The position numbers were made by a program, and so were the translations under genes. A stretch of 64,000 bases of DNA from an uncultured Acidobacteriaceae bacterium (GTDB lineage Bacteria; Acidobacteriota; Terriglobia; Terriglobales; Acidobacteriaceae), in NCBI GenBank assembly GCA_963786085.1, contig CAWAYO010000031.1, forward strand, positions 1,465-65,464, written 5' to 3'. Below are positions 10,701-20,298 of the stretch, in pieces. Position 1 is the first letter of the stretch. The number at the start of each line of letters is the position of its first letter. Below the pieces are notes generated by a model that was given only the letters and a program-made list of their open reading frames with translations, was not told the origin of the DNA and searched no databases.

Positions 10701-11662
10701 TGGCCGAAGATCGGGGACAGTTGCCCCAGGAGCACATTCAGGACCGCCTGCAGAAGATCATTGCAGCTGCCGGAGTCTGCTCGCGGCGGAAAGCCGAGGA
10801 GCTCATCCTTGCCGGCCGGGTGCAGATCAACGGAAAAGTCGTAACTGAACTGGGCACGAAGGCCGACGCATCCCGGGACCACATTCGTGTCGACGGCAAG
10901 CTGCTGCAGGGTCCCGAGCGGCAGCGCTACTATGTCGCCAATAAGCCGAAAGGCTACGTAACCACCGTGAGCGACCCGGAGGGACGCCCCACTGTTATGG
11001 AGCTGATCCGCGGCGGGGAGCGGGTCTTTCCTGTCGGACGCCTCGATTATGCCAGCGAAGGTCTCCTGCTCATGACCAACGACGGCGAACTGGCCAATGC
11101 TCTGACCCGCGCTGCCGCCCGGGTCGAGAAGACCTACCTGGTCAAGGTCAGCGGACGCCCAAAGGGGTCTGATCTGGACCAGCTCCGCGGCGGGATGATG
11201 ATCGAACGCGGCAAACCCGGATCGCACGAAGGCCGCGTGATGACCGCCCCGGCGAAGGTCCGGCTGGTGCGTGAGGGCGAGAATCCCTGGTATGAGCTGG
11301 TATTGATCGAGGGCCGCAACCGCGAGATTCGCAAGATGTTCGAGGAGATCGGCCACCACGCGGAGAAGATCCGCCGCGTCGGCTATGGGCCGCTGGTCTT
11401 GGACGTTGAGCCGGGCAAGGTGCGCGAACTCACGGCGGAGGAAGTGGAAAAGCTCAGGCGTGCGACGAAGGCTAAACCGGCTGACGCTGCGTTCCGCAAG
11501 CCGAAGCGCGAAACCGCTCCTTCGATCCATGCGCGGTCCAAGGAAAGCTCGGGCCGCAAATCGGCGCCGGCCAGGGGTGGCCGCCGTCCTGCTCGCACGG
11601 CGGCGCGGCCTTCCGCCCACGTTGAAGGATCGAAGAGGCCCGTCAGCACATCTAATGATTAG
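10700..11662 (+). CDS. rluB: 23S rRNA pseudouridine synthase (RluB/RsuA family)
   Basis: S4 domain RLQKIIAAAGVCSRRKAEE, NKPKGY, GRLD catalytic motif, EGRNREIRKM; follows scpB. Confidence 0.9.
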   Translation: MAEDRGQLPQEHIQDRLQKIIAAAGVCSRRKAEELILAGRVQINGKVVTELGTKADASRDHIRVDGKLLQGPERQRYYVANKPKGYVTTVSDPEGRPTVMELIRGGERVFPVGRLDYASEGLLLMTNDGELANALTRAAARVEKTYLVKVSGRPKGSDLDQLRGGMMIERGKPGSHEGRVMTAPAKVRLVREGENPWYELVLIEGRNREIRKMFEEIGHHAEKIRRVGYGPLVLDVEPGKVRELTAEEVEKLRRATKAKPADAAFRKPKRETAPSIHARSKESSGRKSAPARGGRRPARTAARPSAHVEGSKRPVSTSND

Positions 11663-11691
11663 ATTTAGCGTGAAGTAAGGAGGTTTTGGCA

Positions 11692-12162
11692 ATGGCCAAA
11701 GCGACATTTGGAGCAGGATGTTTTTGGGGTGTTGAGGCGAGATTTGCCCAGGTCCCGGGCGTAACCGCGACGGCTGTTGGATACGAAGGCGGCGCGCTCG
11801 ATAACCCGACCTACAGAGAGGTATGCACGGATGCAACCGGTCACGCGGAGGTGGTCGAGCTTGACTACGATCCGGCGAAGGTAAGGTACGAGCAGCTTCT
11901 CGATCTGTTTTTCGACTTGCACGATCCGACACAGCTCAACCGCCAGGGTCCGGACTGGGGCAAGCAATACCGCAGCGCAGTCTTCTATCACTCACCTGAG
12001 CAGGAAGCTGCAGCAAAACAGACGATCGCTCGTCTGACGGCCGAGAAGCGCTTTTCGAAGCCGATCGTCACCCAGGTCGTTCCGGCGGAGACATTCTGGC
12101 GCGCCGAGGAGTATCACCAGAAGTACCTCGAAAAGCGCGGCGCAGTCAGCTGCCACATCTAG
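11692..12162 (+). CDS. msrA: Peptide-methionine (S)-S-oxide reductase
   Basis: [35 protein letters not shown]. Confidence 0.96.
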   Translation: MAKATFGAGCFWGVEARFAQVPGVTATAVGYEGGALDNPTYREVCTDATGHAEVVELDYDPAKVRYEQLLDLFFDLHDPTQLNRQGPDWGKQYRSAVFYHSPEQEAAAKQTIARLTAEKRFSKPIVTQVVPAETFWRAEEYHQKYLEKRGAVSCHI

Positions 12163-12168
12163 CCGCGG

Positions 12169-13086
12169 CTAGTGTAATCGTAATCCCGCTGCCTGCATGA
12201 ACTGGTAATCGATCTTCAGTGCATCGGCAGCGGGAATATCAAACTCCTCCTGCTCGACGATCGCATAGCGAATCCCAATCTTTTCAGCCGCCGCGAAGAT
12301 CGGTTTGAAGTCGACAACCCCTTTCCCCAGTCCGGTCGACACCCGTTGACCCGGCTCCTGTCCTGGCTGAGCCGCCTTGAAATCCTTGATGTGGAGCAGC
12401 GAAAAGCGCTTCGGATGTGCCAGCAGTATCTCCGCAGGATTCCCGCCCGCCGCCGCCACCCATCCGCAATCCATCTCGAGCGTCACCACCCTGGGATCGG
12501 TCTCCTTGAGAATGATCTGATATCCGTTCAACCCGCCACCCAGGTCGCGAAACTCCATCGTGTGGTTGTGGTAGCCGAACTGCAGCCCCCGCGATTTCAT
12601 TTTGTGGCCAATCCGGTTGAACTGCTCCGCGTTCCACTTCCAGTCGTCGGCGGTCATTGAGCTATGCATCGCCTGCCACGCACCGCCGGGAGCATTCGCA
12701 AAGCGCGACGGGTCGGCAACCGACGGCGACGAGCAGATCACCCAGTGAAGCCCTATTTCCTTGGCAAAAGTGATCGTGCCCTCAACATCCTTCAGCAGGT
12801 CTGCCACGGAATAATGAGCGCTGAAGCAATTCAGCTGGGCCATCCCCATCGCGTGCTTCACCTCCGCGGCGGTGTGGTTGTAGAATCCCGCAGCCTCCAC
12901 ATTGCGATAACCAATCTGAGACACCATCTGCAACGTGCCTACGTAGTCCTTCTCGAGCAGCTTGCGTACACTGTAAAGCTGCAGCCCGATTGTCGGCTCG
13001 GCTCCAATCGCAAACACATCCTTCGATCCCATCAGCGCGGCCGCCGTCATCGCTCCGCCCGTCACAAATTGCCTTCTCGAAATCAT
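12169..13086 (-). CDS. Tat-exported sugar phosphate isomerase/epimerase (xylose isomerase-like TIM barrel)
   Basis: MISRRQFV Tat motif, GLQLYSVR, YHNHTMEF, LEMDCGW, HIKD, VEQE. Confidence 0.9.
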   Translation of the reverse strand: MISRRQFVTGGAMTAAALMGSKDVFAIGAEPTIGLQLYSVRKLLEKDYVGTLQMVSQIGYRNVEAAGFYNHTAAEVKHAMGMAQLNCFSAHYSVADLLKDVEGTITFAKEIGLHWVICSSPSVADPSRFANAPGGAWQAMHSSMTADDWKWNAEQFNRIGHKMKSRGLQFGYHNHTMEFRDLGGGLNGYQIILKETDPRVVTLEMDCGWVAAAGGNPAEILLAHPKRFSLLHIKDFKAAQPGQEPGQRVSTGLGKGVVDFKPIFAAAEKIGIRYAIVEQEEFDIPAADALKIDYQFMQAAGLRLH

Positions 13087-13117
13087 CTGACTTGAGTCCC
13101 CTTGTATGCTGGCTGGC

Positions 13118-14101
13118 ATGGAATGCTTCACACTCAATGTCGCACAAGTGTCCCGCATTGGTCTCGGCACCTGGGCGATCGGCGGCTCGGAGTGGGGTGA
13201 AGTCAGCGACAAGGACGCTATCGATACATGCCTCGCCATCTTCGATCACGGAATCAATCTCATCGACACCGCTCCAATCTACGGCCATGGCCGCGCCGAG
13301 GAGATCATCGGCAAAGCCATGCGCCAGTACGGATCACGCGAGAAGTTTTACATCGCCACCAAAGCCGGCCTCGAATGGAACGCCGCCGGCGTCTTCGCCA
13401 ATTCAACCCCGGCCCGCCTCCACCAGGAGTTCGAAGACTCGCTTCGCCGCCTGGGCGCCGACTACATAGACCTCTACCAGATCCACTGGCCCGATACCAC
13501 GCTCCCCATCGAGCGCGCCGCCGAAGTCCTGCTCGCTCTCTACGAGCAGGGAAAGATCCGCGCCATCGGCGTCAGCAACTTCTCTCCCGCGCAGATGGAC
13601 GCCTTCCGTCACATCGCCCCCCTGCACGCGAATCAGCCGCCGTACAACCTTTTCGAGCGCGCCATCGACGACGATGTGCTCCCCTATTGCCGCGAACACT
13701 CGATCGCCGTCCTCACTTACAGCTCTTTATGCCGCAGCCTCCTGGCAGGCCGCATCACCAAAGATTCTCAATTTCTCGAAGGAGACATCCGCCGCGTCGA
13801 CCCCAAGTTCCAGCCGCCGCGCTTCGCGCAGTACCTCGACGCCGTAGCTCGTCTCGACAGGTTTGCACGCTCGCGCTACGGCAAGACGGTGCTCGAACTT
13901 GCTGTGCGCTGGGTGCTCGACCGGCCTGGTGTAAGTGCTGCGCTATGGGGTGCGAAGCGTCCGGATCAGCTCAAGGCTGTGGAAGGAATTTTGGACTGGC
14001 GCCTGGATGAAGACGCGATACGCGAGATCGACGCAATTGTGCGCGAATCGGTTACAGATCCCGTCGGGCCGGAATATCTGACGCCCGCTGTCCGCCGATA
14101 A
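13118..14101 (+). CDS. Aldo/keto reductase
   Basis: GLGTWAIGG, DTAPIYG, IATK, DLYQIHWP, IGVSNF, QPPYNLF. Confidence 0.93.
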   Translation: MECFTLNVAQVSRIGLGTWAIGGSEWGEVSDKDAIDTCLAIFDHGINLIDTAPIYGHGRAEEIIGKAMRQYGSREKFYIATKAGLEWNAAGVFANSTPARLHQEFEDSLRRLGADYIDLYQIHWPDTTLPIERAAEVLLALYEQGKIRAIGVSNFSPAQMDAFRHIAPLHANQPPYNLFERAIDDDVLPYCREHSIAVLTYSSLCRSLLAGRITKDSQFLEGDIRRVDPKFQPPRFAQYLDAVARLDRFARSRYGKTVLELAVRWVLDRPGVSAALWGAKRPDQLKAVEGILDWRLDEDAIREIDAIVRESVTDPVGPEYLTPAVRR

Positions 14102-14104
14102 GGC

Positions 14105-14141
14105 AAAAAAGAGCCCGCGCTGGAGCGTCCGGCGCGGGCTT
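14105..14141 (-). terminator. Intrinsic terminator between convergent genes
   Basis: Minus strand AGCCCGCGCCGGA-CGC-TCCAGCGCGGGCT followed by a T run. Confidence 0.75.
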
Positions 14142-14155
14142 CGTGACGAGTGTTG

Positions 14156-14548
14156 CTACTGACCGCCAGCCGCAACCACAGAGCTGCCCGCATCGTGGTG
14201 TTTTGCCGGGGCGTCCAGTACCGGAGTGATGCGCGACCCGAGCTGGATCGAACGCAGCTCGTGGGTATAACCCGCATCATCAAATTTGATCTGAAGGGCC
14301 GGCGAGGTATCCGTCCTGTCCGCCGGAGAAGCAACCCAATTGAGAGTCTGGCCGGTGTTGGCCATATTGCTTAGCGTCAGCACGTTGGCATTCTTGTCCA
14401 GGCTGACGGAATATTGCCCTGCCGGAAATGCCTGGCCATGGGCTTCAAAGTTGAAGGGGACGTTCACCACTGCTTTTGAGGCCGCGAAGGCCGAAGTGGC
14501 AAGCAGGGCGGCTGAGGTGAGAACCAGAGAACGGAGCATGAATCGCAT
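14156..14548 (-). CDS. Small secreted hypothetical protein (xPFxF...PAGxY type)
   Basis: AGGAG RBS, signal peptide ending AFA, VNVPFNFEAHGQAFPAGQYSV; paralog at 56039. Confidence 0.8.
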   Translation of the reverse strand: MRFMLRSLVLTSAALLATSAFAASKAVVNVPFNFEAHGQAFPAGQYSVSLDKNANVLTLSNMANTGQTLNWVASPADRTDTSPALQIKFDDAGYTHELRSIQLGSRITPVLDAPAKHHDAGSSVVAAGGQ

Positions 14549-14650
14549 GGTGTTTTCTCCTTACAGAAAAGGACACTATCGATTCACATGAACGCCTGTC
14601 GTTAAATCCCCGTCCAATAGTTGTCAAATTCGTCGCCGGGATTTTGACGG

Positions 14651-15697
14651 TTACTGCCCGAGCGCCGCCTGTGGCCAATCGTCCTTCCAGGCGATCGTCG
14701 AGATCTGCAGCGCCGGCTTGCCCGTCTTGGCGTCATATGCATGGAAGACAATCAGGTCGTCGCCGCCGGGCTGCATCAGAATCGACTCGCCGCCCGGGCC
14801 CAGCCAGCGCTGATTCGCCGTCAGCAGTTCAGAGCCGCCGCCCTCCGCCATCGACCTGCCTTCCTTATCGAGATAAGGCCCGGTCACCTGCTTTGTGCGA
14901 CCAACCATCGTCCGATAGGTACTCTTCGTCCCACGGCAACACAGGTCCCACGAGACGAAGAGGTAGTAGTAGCCGCCGTGATGAACGATGAACGGCGCCT
15001 CCACCGCTTCCCAGTGCGGCGGAAGATTCGGCGGAGCGGGAGGCGCATTCTCAGGCTTGGCGCGCGAGGCTAGAGAATACAGCTTCGTGTCCTTCGCGTC
15101 GAGCATGCCGGTACGCTCATCCAGGCGTCGCATCTTGATGCCGCCCCAGAAGCTGCCGAAGGCCAGCCACGCGTGCCCTTTGGTGTCGAGAACAAAATTC
15201 GGATCGATGGCGTTGAAATCATCGCTCGCAAGCGAGCGCAGCACCAGGCCGTGGTCCACCCACTTGTAGTCGGACCTGGCTGGATCAAGTGTCTTGTTTG
15301 TGGCCAGCGCAATGCCGGACGTGTTCTTTCCAAAGAGCGAATAAGCGTAGTACAGCCGATACACTCCTTGCTCGAAAGAGATATCAGGTGCCCACAGGTC
15401 CACCGTGCCCGGGCTGTCTTTGTGAATCCAGTCAGGGATCTGGTCGAAGACCTGTCCGCAGAGCTTCCACGCCTTCAGGTCATTCGAGCACCGAATCTGA
15501 AACTGTCCGCCGGCCTTCGTCCTGCCCGTCGCAAACACATACCACGTATCGCCGGCCTTGATGATGGAAGGATCGTGCGTGCCTTCGAAATCGCCGGAGA
15601 GTGTAAGTGCCCGTGGCTCTCGCGCCTGCACCGTAACCGCACCGCTAAGAACGCTGAGCAGGAAGAGGGCGGCAATGCTCGGCCAGGGCATTTTCAT
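14651..15697 (-). CDS. GH43 endo-1,5-alpha-L-arabinanase-like glycoside hydrolase, secreted
   Basis: HDPSI, WAPDI, NAIDPN, FGSFWGGI, EAPFI, DLCCRG, GPGGES; signal peptide. Confidence 0.9.
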   Translation of the reverse strand: MKMPWPSIAALFLLSVLSGAVTVQAREPRALTLSGDFEGTHDPSIIKAGDTWYVFATGRTKAGGQFQIRCSNDLKAWKLCGQVFDQIPDWIHKDSPGTVDLWAPDISFEQGVYRLYYAYSLFGKNTSGIALATNKTLDPARSDYKWVDHGLVLRSLASDDFNAIDPNFVLDTKGHAWLAFGSFWGGIKMRRLDERTGMLDAKDTKLYSLASRAKPENAPPAPPNLPPHWEAVEAPFIVHHGGYYYLFVSWDLCCRGTKSTYRTMVGRTKQVTGPYLDKEGRSMAEGGGSELLTANQRWLGPGGESILMQPGGDDLIVFHAYDAKTGKPALQISTIAWKDDWPQAALGQ

Positions 15698-15725
15698 GCG
15701 ATCGCCTCTAGAGGAAGTCATTAGA

Positions 15726-15737
15726 GAAATCGTTTTC
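15726..15737. promoter_or_regulatory. LacI-family operator-like palindrome upstream of GH43
   Basis: GAAATCGTTTTC (GAAAnCGnTTTC), about 30 bp before the start codon. Confidence 0.45.
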
Positions 15738-15913
15738 CCGTCTCGGCTGAAGAATACATCGTGTCATCAACCCGAGTCCAAGGCCGCTCGACATACGGTG
15801 ACGGCGAACCCGCATCTCGCGGCATTGCGCCCGATGAAAACCCTCTGGGCAGCCATCCGCAGCCGAATGTACCATTAGGCCGCCATCGCGGTTGAGAAAT
15901 TCCAGGAGGTTCT

Positions 15914-16288
15914 ATGCCCGAGACACGCCGGCGCCTGCTTGCAGCGATTGCGGGGATTGCGGCCGGAGCTATCGCCAGACGTTCAGCTTTTGCCCGCCAG
16001 GCCGGCCCTCCACAGCCCATGCCGTCGCCCAATGCGCCGCGGAATCAAAACGCCCCCGCCGGACTGGACAGGGCGGGAGTCGAAGCAGGTGAGCAGAAGT
16101 CGAAGATCACTCCCCTGGCATGGTCGCAAATCAAAGCCGACGTGGACAAGCTGTTTCAGATGACATCCGACTTCAAAGACCACGTAGCGCAGACAAACCT
16201 GGCCTCAACCCTTCCCCTGCCGCTTATCAAAGAGGCCCACCAGATCGAAAAGCTCGCCAAGCACATCCAGGAACAGATGAAGGGCTGA
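15914..16288 (+). CDS. Hypothetical protein with Tat-like signal
   Basis: AGGAGG RBS; TRRRLL..AFA; helical C-terminus. Confidence 0.75.
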   Translation: MPETRRRLLAAIAGIAAGAIARRSAFARQAGPPQPMPSPNAPRNQNAPAGLDRAGVEAGEQKSKITPLAWSQIKADVDKLFQMTSDFKDHVAQTNLASTLPLPLIKEAHQIEKLAKHIQEQMKG

Positions 16289-16539
16289 CCCTCCCGCGTA
16301 GGCAGTGGCCCGTTTGATCCAGCGCCACGCACGACAAATGTCCGGACAAGCCGGTCTTTCGGCAATGCGCAGAAGCACAGATCGATCGGAATAGGTCACT
16401 GAGCTCTACGGCCTTGTTCGCAACGATTGTTGACTCTTTCTCAGGTGCCTACGATAGTGAAAGTGGCTGAAAAGACGCTGGAACGGCAGCAACGATAAGG
16501 CTGTGCTCATATCTCAACGCTCGGCGCCGGGGATCAGGT

Positions 16540-17568
16540 ATGTCTGGAGTATTCATCAGCTATCGTCGCGAAGATAGCAGCGGGTATGCGGGACGGCTGT
16601 TCGATATCCTCAGCGCCCGTTTCGGTAAAGAGAATACCTACATGGACCTCGACATGATCAGCGGTGGCGATAATTTTGAGACCGTGATCGAGGAAAAGAC
16701 CAGTCAATGCGATGTGCTTCTTGCTGTAATCGGCGAAAAGTGGCTGACATGCACGGGAGTAAATGGAAGTCGCCGACTTGATATGGCGGATGATTTCGTG
16801 CGGCTGGAAATAGCCAAGGCACTCGAACGCAGTGTGCGAGTGATTCCGGTTCTCGTGGGCGGGGCAACCATGCCGCACCAGGAAGATTTGCCCAACGATT
16901 TGCGCCCGTTGTCTCTCCGTCAGGCAATGGATCTCCGGGACGCACATTTCCACGCGGACGCGCAACAGTTGATGGATGAGCTGAACAAGACTGTTCCCGG
17001 CATCACGAGTCGATTGCCAAAGTCGAAATCAAGTAGATTGGCCGTGGTGGTGGTGTCCGTCCTTGCTGTCGCCGTAATTGCGAGTGGCATTCTGATGTTT
17101 CGGCACATGAAGCCGGCGGCTCACCCGAATCCCGATTCGGCTGCCCAGAGGCCCTCTGCGCCTGCTGAGGGAGCCGTACCGTCTGCCCCAGCCGTCAGCT
17201 CAATCGCGACGGATGAGTCAAAGAGCCCTGAGACGGAACATGCGAATGTTAGCGGAAAATGGAAAGCAACAGTTAAATACGACTGGCCGGGAGCTGTTTA
17301 CGACGAGAGGTTCAACTTTGAAGTTGCAGGTTCAGAACTGTCCGGCACCGCCTCCCTTCTCGGAGCAGATCACGGAATATTTGATGGCAAAATCGAGGGA
17401 GATCAGATCAGCTTCATTACCAAGTCCCTGACGAGCCTGGATGACAAGACTTACCAGGACACCCATCTTTACAAGGGCACAGTCGAGGCGGATACGATCC
17501 GGTTTTCAATGCTGACCGATAGCAGCGTCGAATCGCATGTGCCCGTCCATTTCACGGCGAAGAGGTGA
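16540..17568 (+). CDS. TIR-domain protein (TIR_2-like) with one TM helix and a C-terminal beta domain
   Basis: VFISYRRED, YMDLDMISGGDNF, DFVRLEI (conserved Glu), VIPVLV; TM LAVVVVSVLAVAVIASGILMF. Confidence 0.9.
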   Translation: MSGVFISYRREDSSGYAGRLFDILSARFGKENTYMDLDMISGGDNFETVIEEKTSQCDVLLAVIGEKWLTCTGVNGSRRLDMADDFVRLEIAKALERSVRVIPVLVGGATMPHQEDLPNDLRPLSLRQAMDLRDAHFHADAQQLMDELNKTVPGITSRLPKSKSSRLAVVVVSVLAVAVIASGILMFRHMKPAAHPNPDSAAQRPSAPAEGAVPSAPAVSSIATDESKSPETEHANVSGKWKATVKYDWPGAVYDERFNFEVAGSELSGTASLLGADHGIFDGKIEGDQISFITKSLTSLDDKTYQDTHLYKGTVEADTIRFSMLTDSSVESHVPVHFTAKR

Positions 17569-17694
17569 TTTGAGAGCGGGTTCAGCGACAACCGACTACA
17601 GGTCATGTGCCTGAATAGTCTTCATATCGGACAAGTGCTCCTCGATTCTGAAGACACTGAAATACGATGCATTACGCGACCCGCTGCCGCACTC

Positions 17695-19879
17695 CTACTG
17701 GGGCGGTGCCCCGCCGGTCGTGCTCGTTGCTGCTCCCTGTGTTGCAGTTCCCGGAGTTGACGCTCCCAGTATCGATGGATTCGCCGCATCGTGCGCGCCC
17801 TGGTAGGCCTGGTCTCCGCGCTGCGCCCGCTGCTGCTCTGCCAGAGCGTTCAGCCGCGCAAAGGTCGCCCGCTCCTCGCTGGCCTTTTCCGGTTGATTTG
17901 CCTTGGCGTAAGCCTTGGCCAGGGCAAAGTGGATCTCCGGGCTATCCGGGACTCAGACGGCTCGCCCGTTCCAGCTCCGGGATCGCCTTCGCTGTATCGC
18001 CTGAATCGGCGAGGGCCCGGCCCAGCACATAGTGGGCATCGGCTGAATCGGGCGCCAGCCGCACCGCATTTTGCGCCGCGGGCAGTGCTTCGTCCGGCAG
18101 GCGCTGCCGCAATGCAATCGAAGCCAGCCGCGTCCAGGGCAAAGCCCTCTGCGGCGAAATCCGTATTTCCGCGCGCATCTGGGCCTTCGCCTCGTCGTAC
18201 TGCGAAAGCGAATCGAGCGCCGTTCCATAGGCATAGTGCAGAAACGGAGTGCTCGGATACTCTGCGATCAGCTTCTGTAGTTTGGGAAAAGCCTGATCGT
18301 ATTTGCTGACCAGCAGAAGCTGCGCCGTGTCTCCCGCTTGCTGAACCAGAGAATGCCGGTTCGGATCCACATCATCCGGCAGCGACGCGATGCGCAGCAG
18401 CGCTAATCCCAGCGCAAACTGGATTTCGCTCGCCAGCGGTGGCTGTCCGGCCAGCGGTCCTAAAAGCTCCGTGGCCATTTCAAACTTGCCCTTGCGAATC
18501 AGCAAGCTTCCCAGGCGGTACTTGGCCAGCTCAATCGCCTGCGCGCTCGCGCCAACTCCCAGCTGCTCGCCGCGTTGCAAATGGATTAGAGCGTTGTCGT
18601 AGTCGTGAAGTTCAAATTCCGCCAGGCCCATCACGGCCCAGGCGGTGCCGTCGCCGGGCTTTGCTTCCACCCACTTCTTCAGGACACCGATAGCTTCGGG
18701 ATAGCGCCGCGAGGCGTAGTCGCTCATTGCCTGTTGCCATTCGGCAGGAGTTGCATCGCCGGACTTTGCGTTGCCCGCCGCCACGCTGGCCACTCCGCTG
18801 GTAGAGGTCGTGCCCGAAGGAATCCCATACAACCTTGCAGTCTGCTGGTCGACGCGCATCTTTTCCGGATAAAGGGCCGCCGCTTTCCTGGTCTCATCCG
18901 CAGCCTGCTGGTGTCTGCCGTTCGCTTCCAGTGCCTTCGCCAGCAGCTCATGCGCTGCGGAAGAATCGGGCGCAAGTGCTACCGACTGCTGAGCGGAGCG
19001 CAGGGCCGCCTGGAACTGGTGAAGCACCAGCTGAAGCGTTGTGATCTGGATACGCGGCAGCAGACTCTGGGGGGAAATTTCGGCTTCCCGCTCTTGTGCC
19101 GCCAAAGCCTCTTCCGTTTGGCCTTCAGTCGCCAGCGCCAGCCCGTAAGCGTAATGCAGGTAAGGCGCCTGCGGGTGCTCTTTAACGAGGTTCCCCAGCA
19201 CATCTACCGCATGAGCGGGATTTCTCGCCGCCGTCGCCGCCGCTTCGCCCGCACTTTGCAGAAACGCCTCCTGCGAAGGGTCCACTTGGGCGGCCAACAA
19301 CGGAATGCGGAGCAGCGCCATCCCCAGCGCGGACTTTACTTGCGGAGGCAGTTCGCTCTGACCGGAAAGCGAGAGCAGCAGCGACGACGCGCGCTCGAAA
19401 TCGCCGTGACGATTCAGCAGAAGCGCCAGATGATAGCCGGAGACGCGGGCCAGTTCCTGGTCGTCGGCAACGCCGATCGAGTGGGCTTTTTCGAGATCGG
19501 TAAGTGAGCTGTCGTAATCATGCGTTTCAAACTCTGAAAGCCCGAGAAACGCCCACGCGGAGCCGAGGTTGGGTGCGATCGCGACCAGCTTCCGCAGCGC
19601 GGGGATCGCCGCGGCGTAGCGATCGCGATCGTATTCGATCGTTCCCAGATACCACCAGCCCTCAGCCCAGTCAGGACGGAGCGAAACGGCACGCCCGTAA
19701 TCACGAATCGCCTCGTCGGCTTTGCCTGCCTCGCGGGCGTTCGCGGCAGCCGCGGCGACCGCCTGAAATGTCTGGCCACCCGCCGGTGCCTGCCCGAACC
19801 CGACTCGATTACCCCCGCACTGTACGAACAACGCCACGCAACAACCCATGGCCAGTCGGCGAAGATGTTGGCGGAGCAT
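17695..19879 (-). CDS. Secreted TPR protein, internally duplicated; frameshift near 17945
   Basis: Many TPR helices; the shifted frame continues SPEIHFALAKAYAK...GAPPQ* to 17695. Confidence 0.85.
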
Positions 19880-19940
19880 ATTGAAAATGTCTCATCCGCG
19901 AGGCATCCAGGGCCAGTGGCCGGATAGAAGCGCGGACAGG

Positions 19941-20236
19941 TGGCCGACAATTTCCCCGAACCGGCTAAAATAGAAATAGAGGTAGAAAAGGCCCGGCTGA
20001 TGACAGTCGGGCCTTCTCATTTGGTCGCGTGTTCTGCGTCGCAAGTTGTTTCGTATGAATCAGTAACAGCTTTCTGCTTTGGAATGAAACGGTTACAGCC
20101 AACTTTTCGGAAAAGCGAATTTTGGAGTAGTAAGCTATTTCGAATGAATCAGTTACAGCCTTGCCTTTTGGAATGAAACGGTTACAGCCCGTCTCTTTAG
20201 AATCAAACAGTTCCGGGCGGTAAGGGGGAGGGGGTA
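19941..20236 (+). repeat. Non-coding element copy A with five 23-nt repeats
   Basis: Repeats start at 20049, 20078, 20138, 20167 and 20196 (consensus TTTNGAATGAAWCRGTTACAGCC); GGCCCGGC hairpin; GGGGGAGGGGGTA end; homologous to 31642-31856. Confidence 0.8.
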
Positions 20237-20298
20237 GGCAACACCCCATAGCCGAGCACTTTACTCGCCCGCTCCCTCGGTTTGGTATCGTTTGGAAG

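Noticed and set aside
16289-17694. TIR gene as part of a Thoeris/CBASS defence island or prophage
   Set aside because: No ThsA-like effector, cyclase, integrase or other defence or phage genes nearby; kept only as a stand-alone finding
20049-20218. 23-nt repeats as a CRISPR array
   Set aside because: Most gaps are only 6 nt, only one is spacer-sized (37 nt), the repeats alternate between variants, and there are no cas genes in the window
20215-20238. G-quadruplex at the G-rich end of element A
   Set aside because: Only two long G-runs are conserved between copies A and B, so a four-run intramolecular quadruplex is not supported
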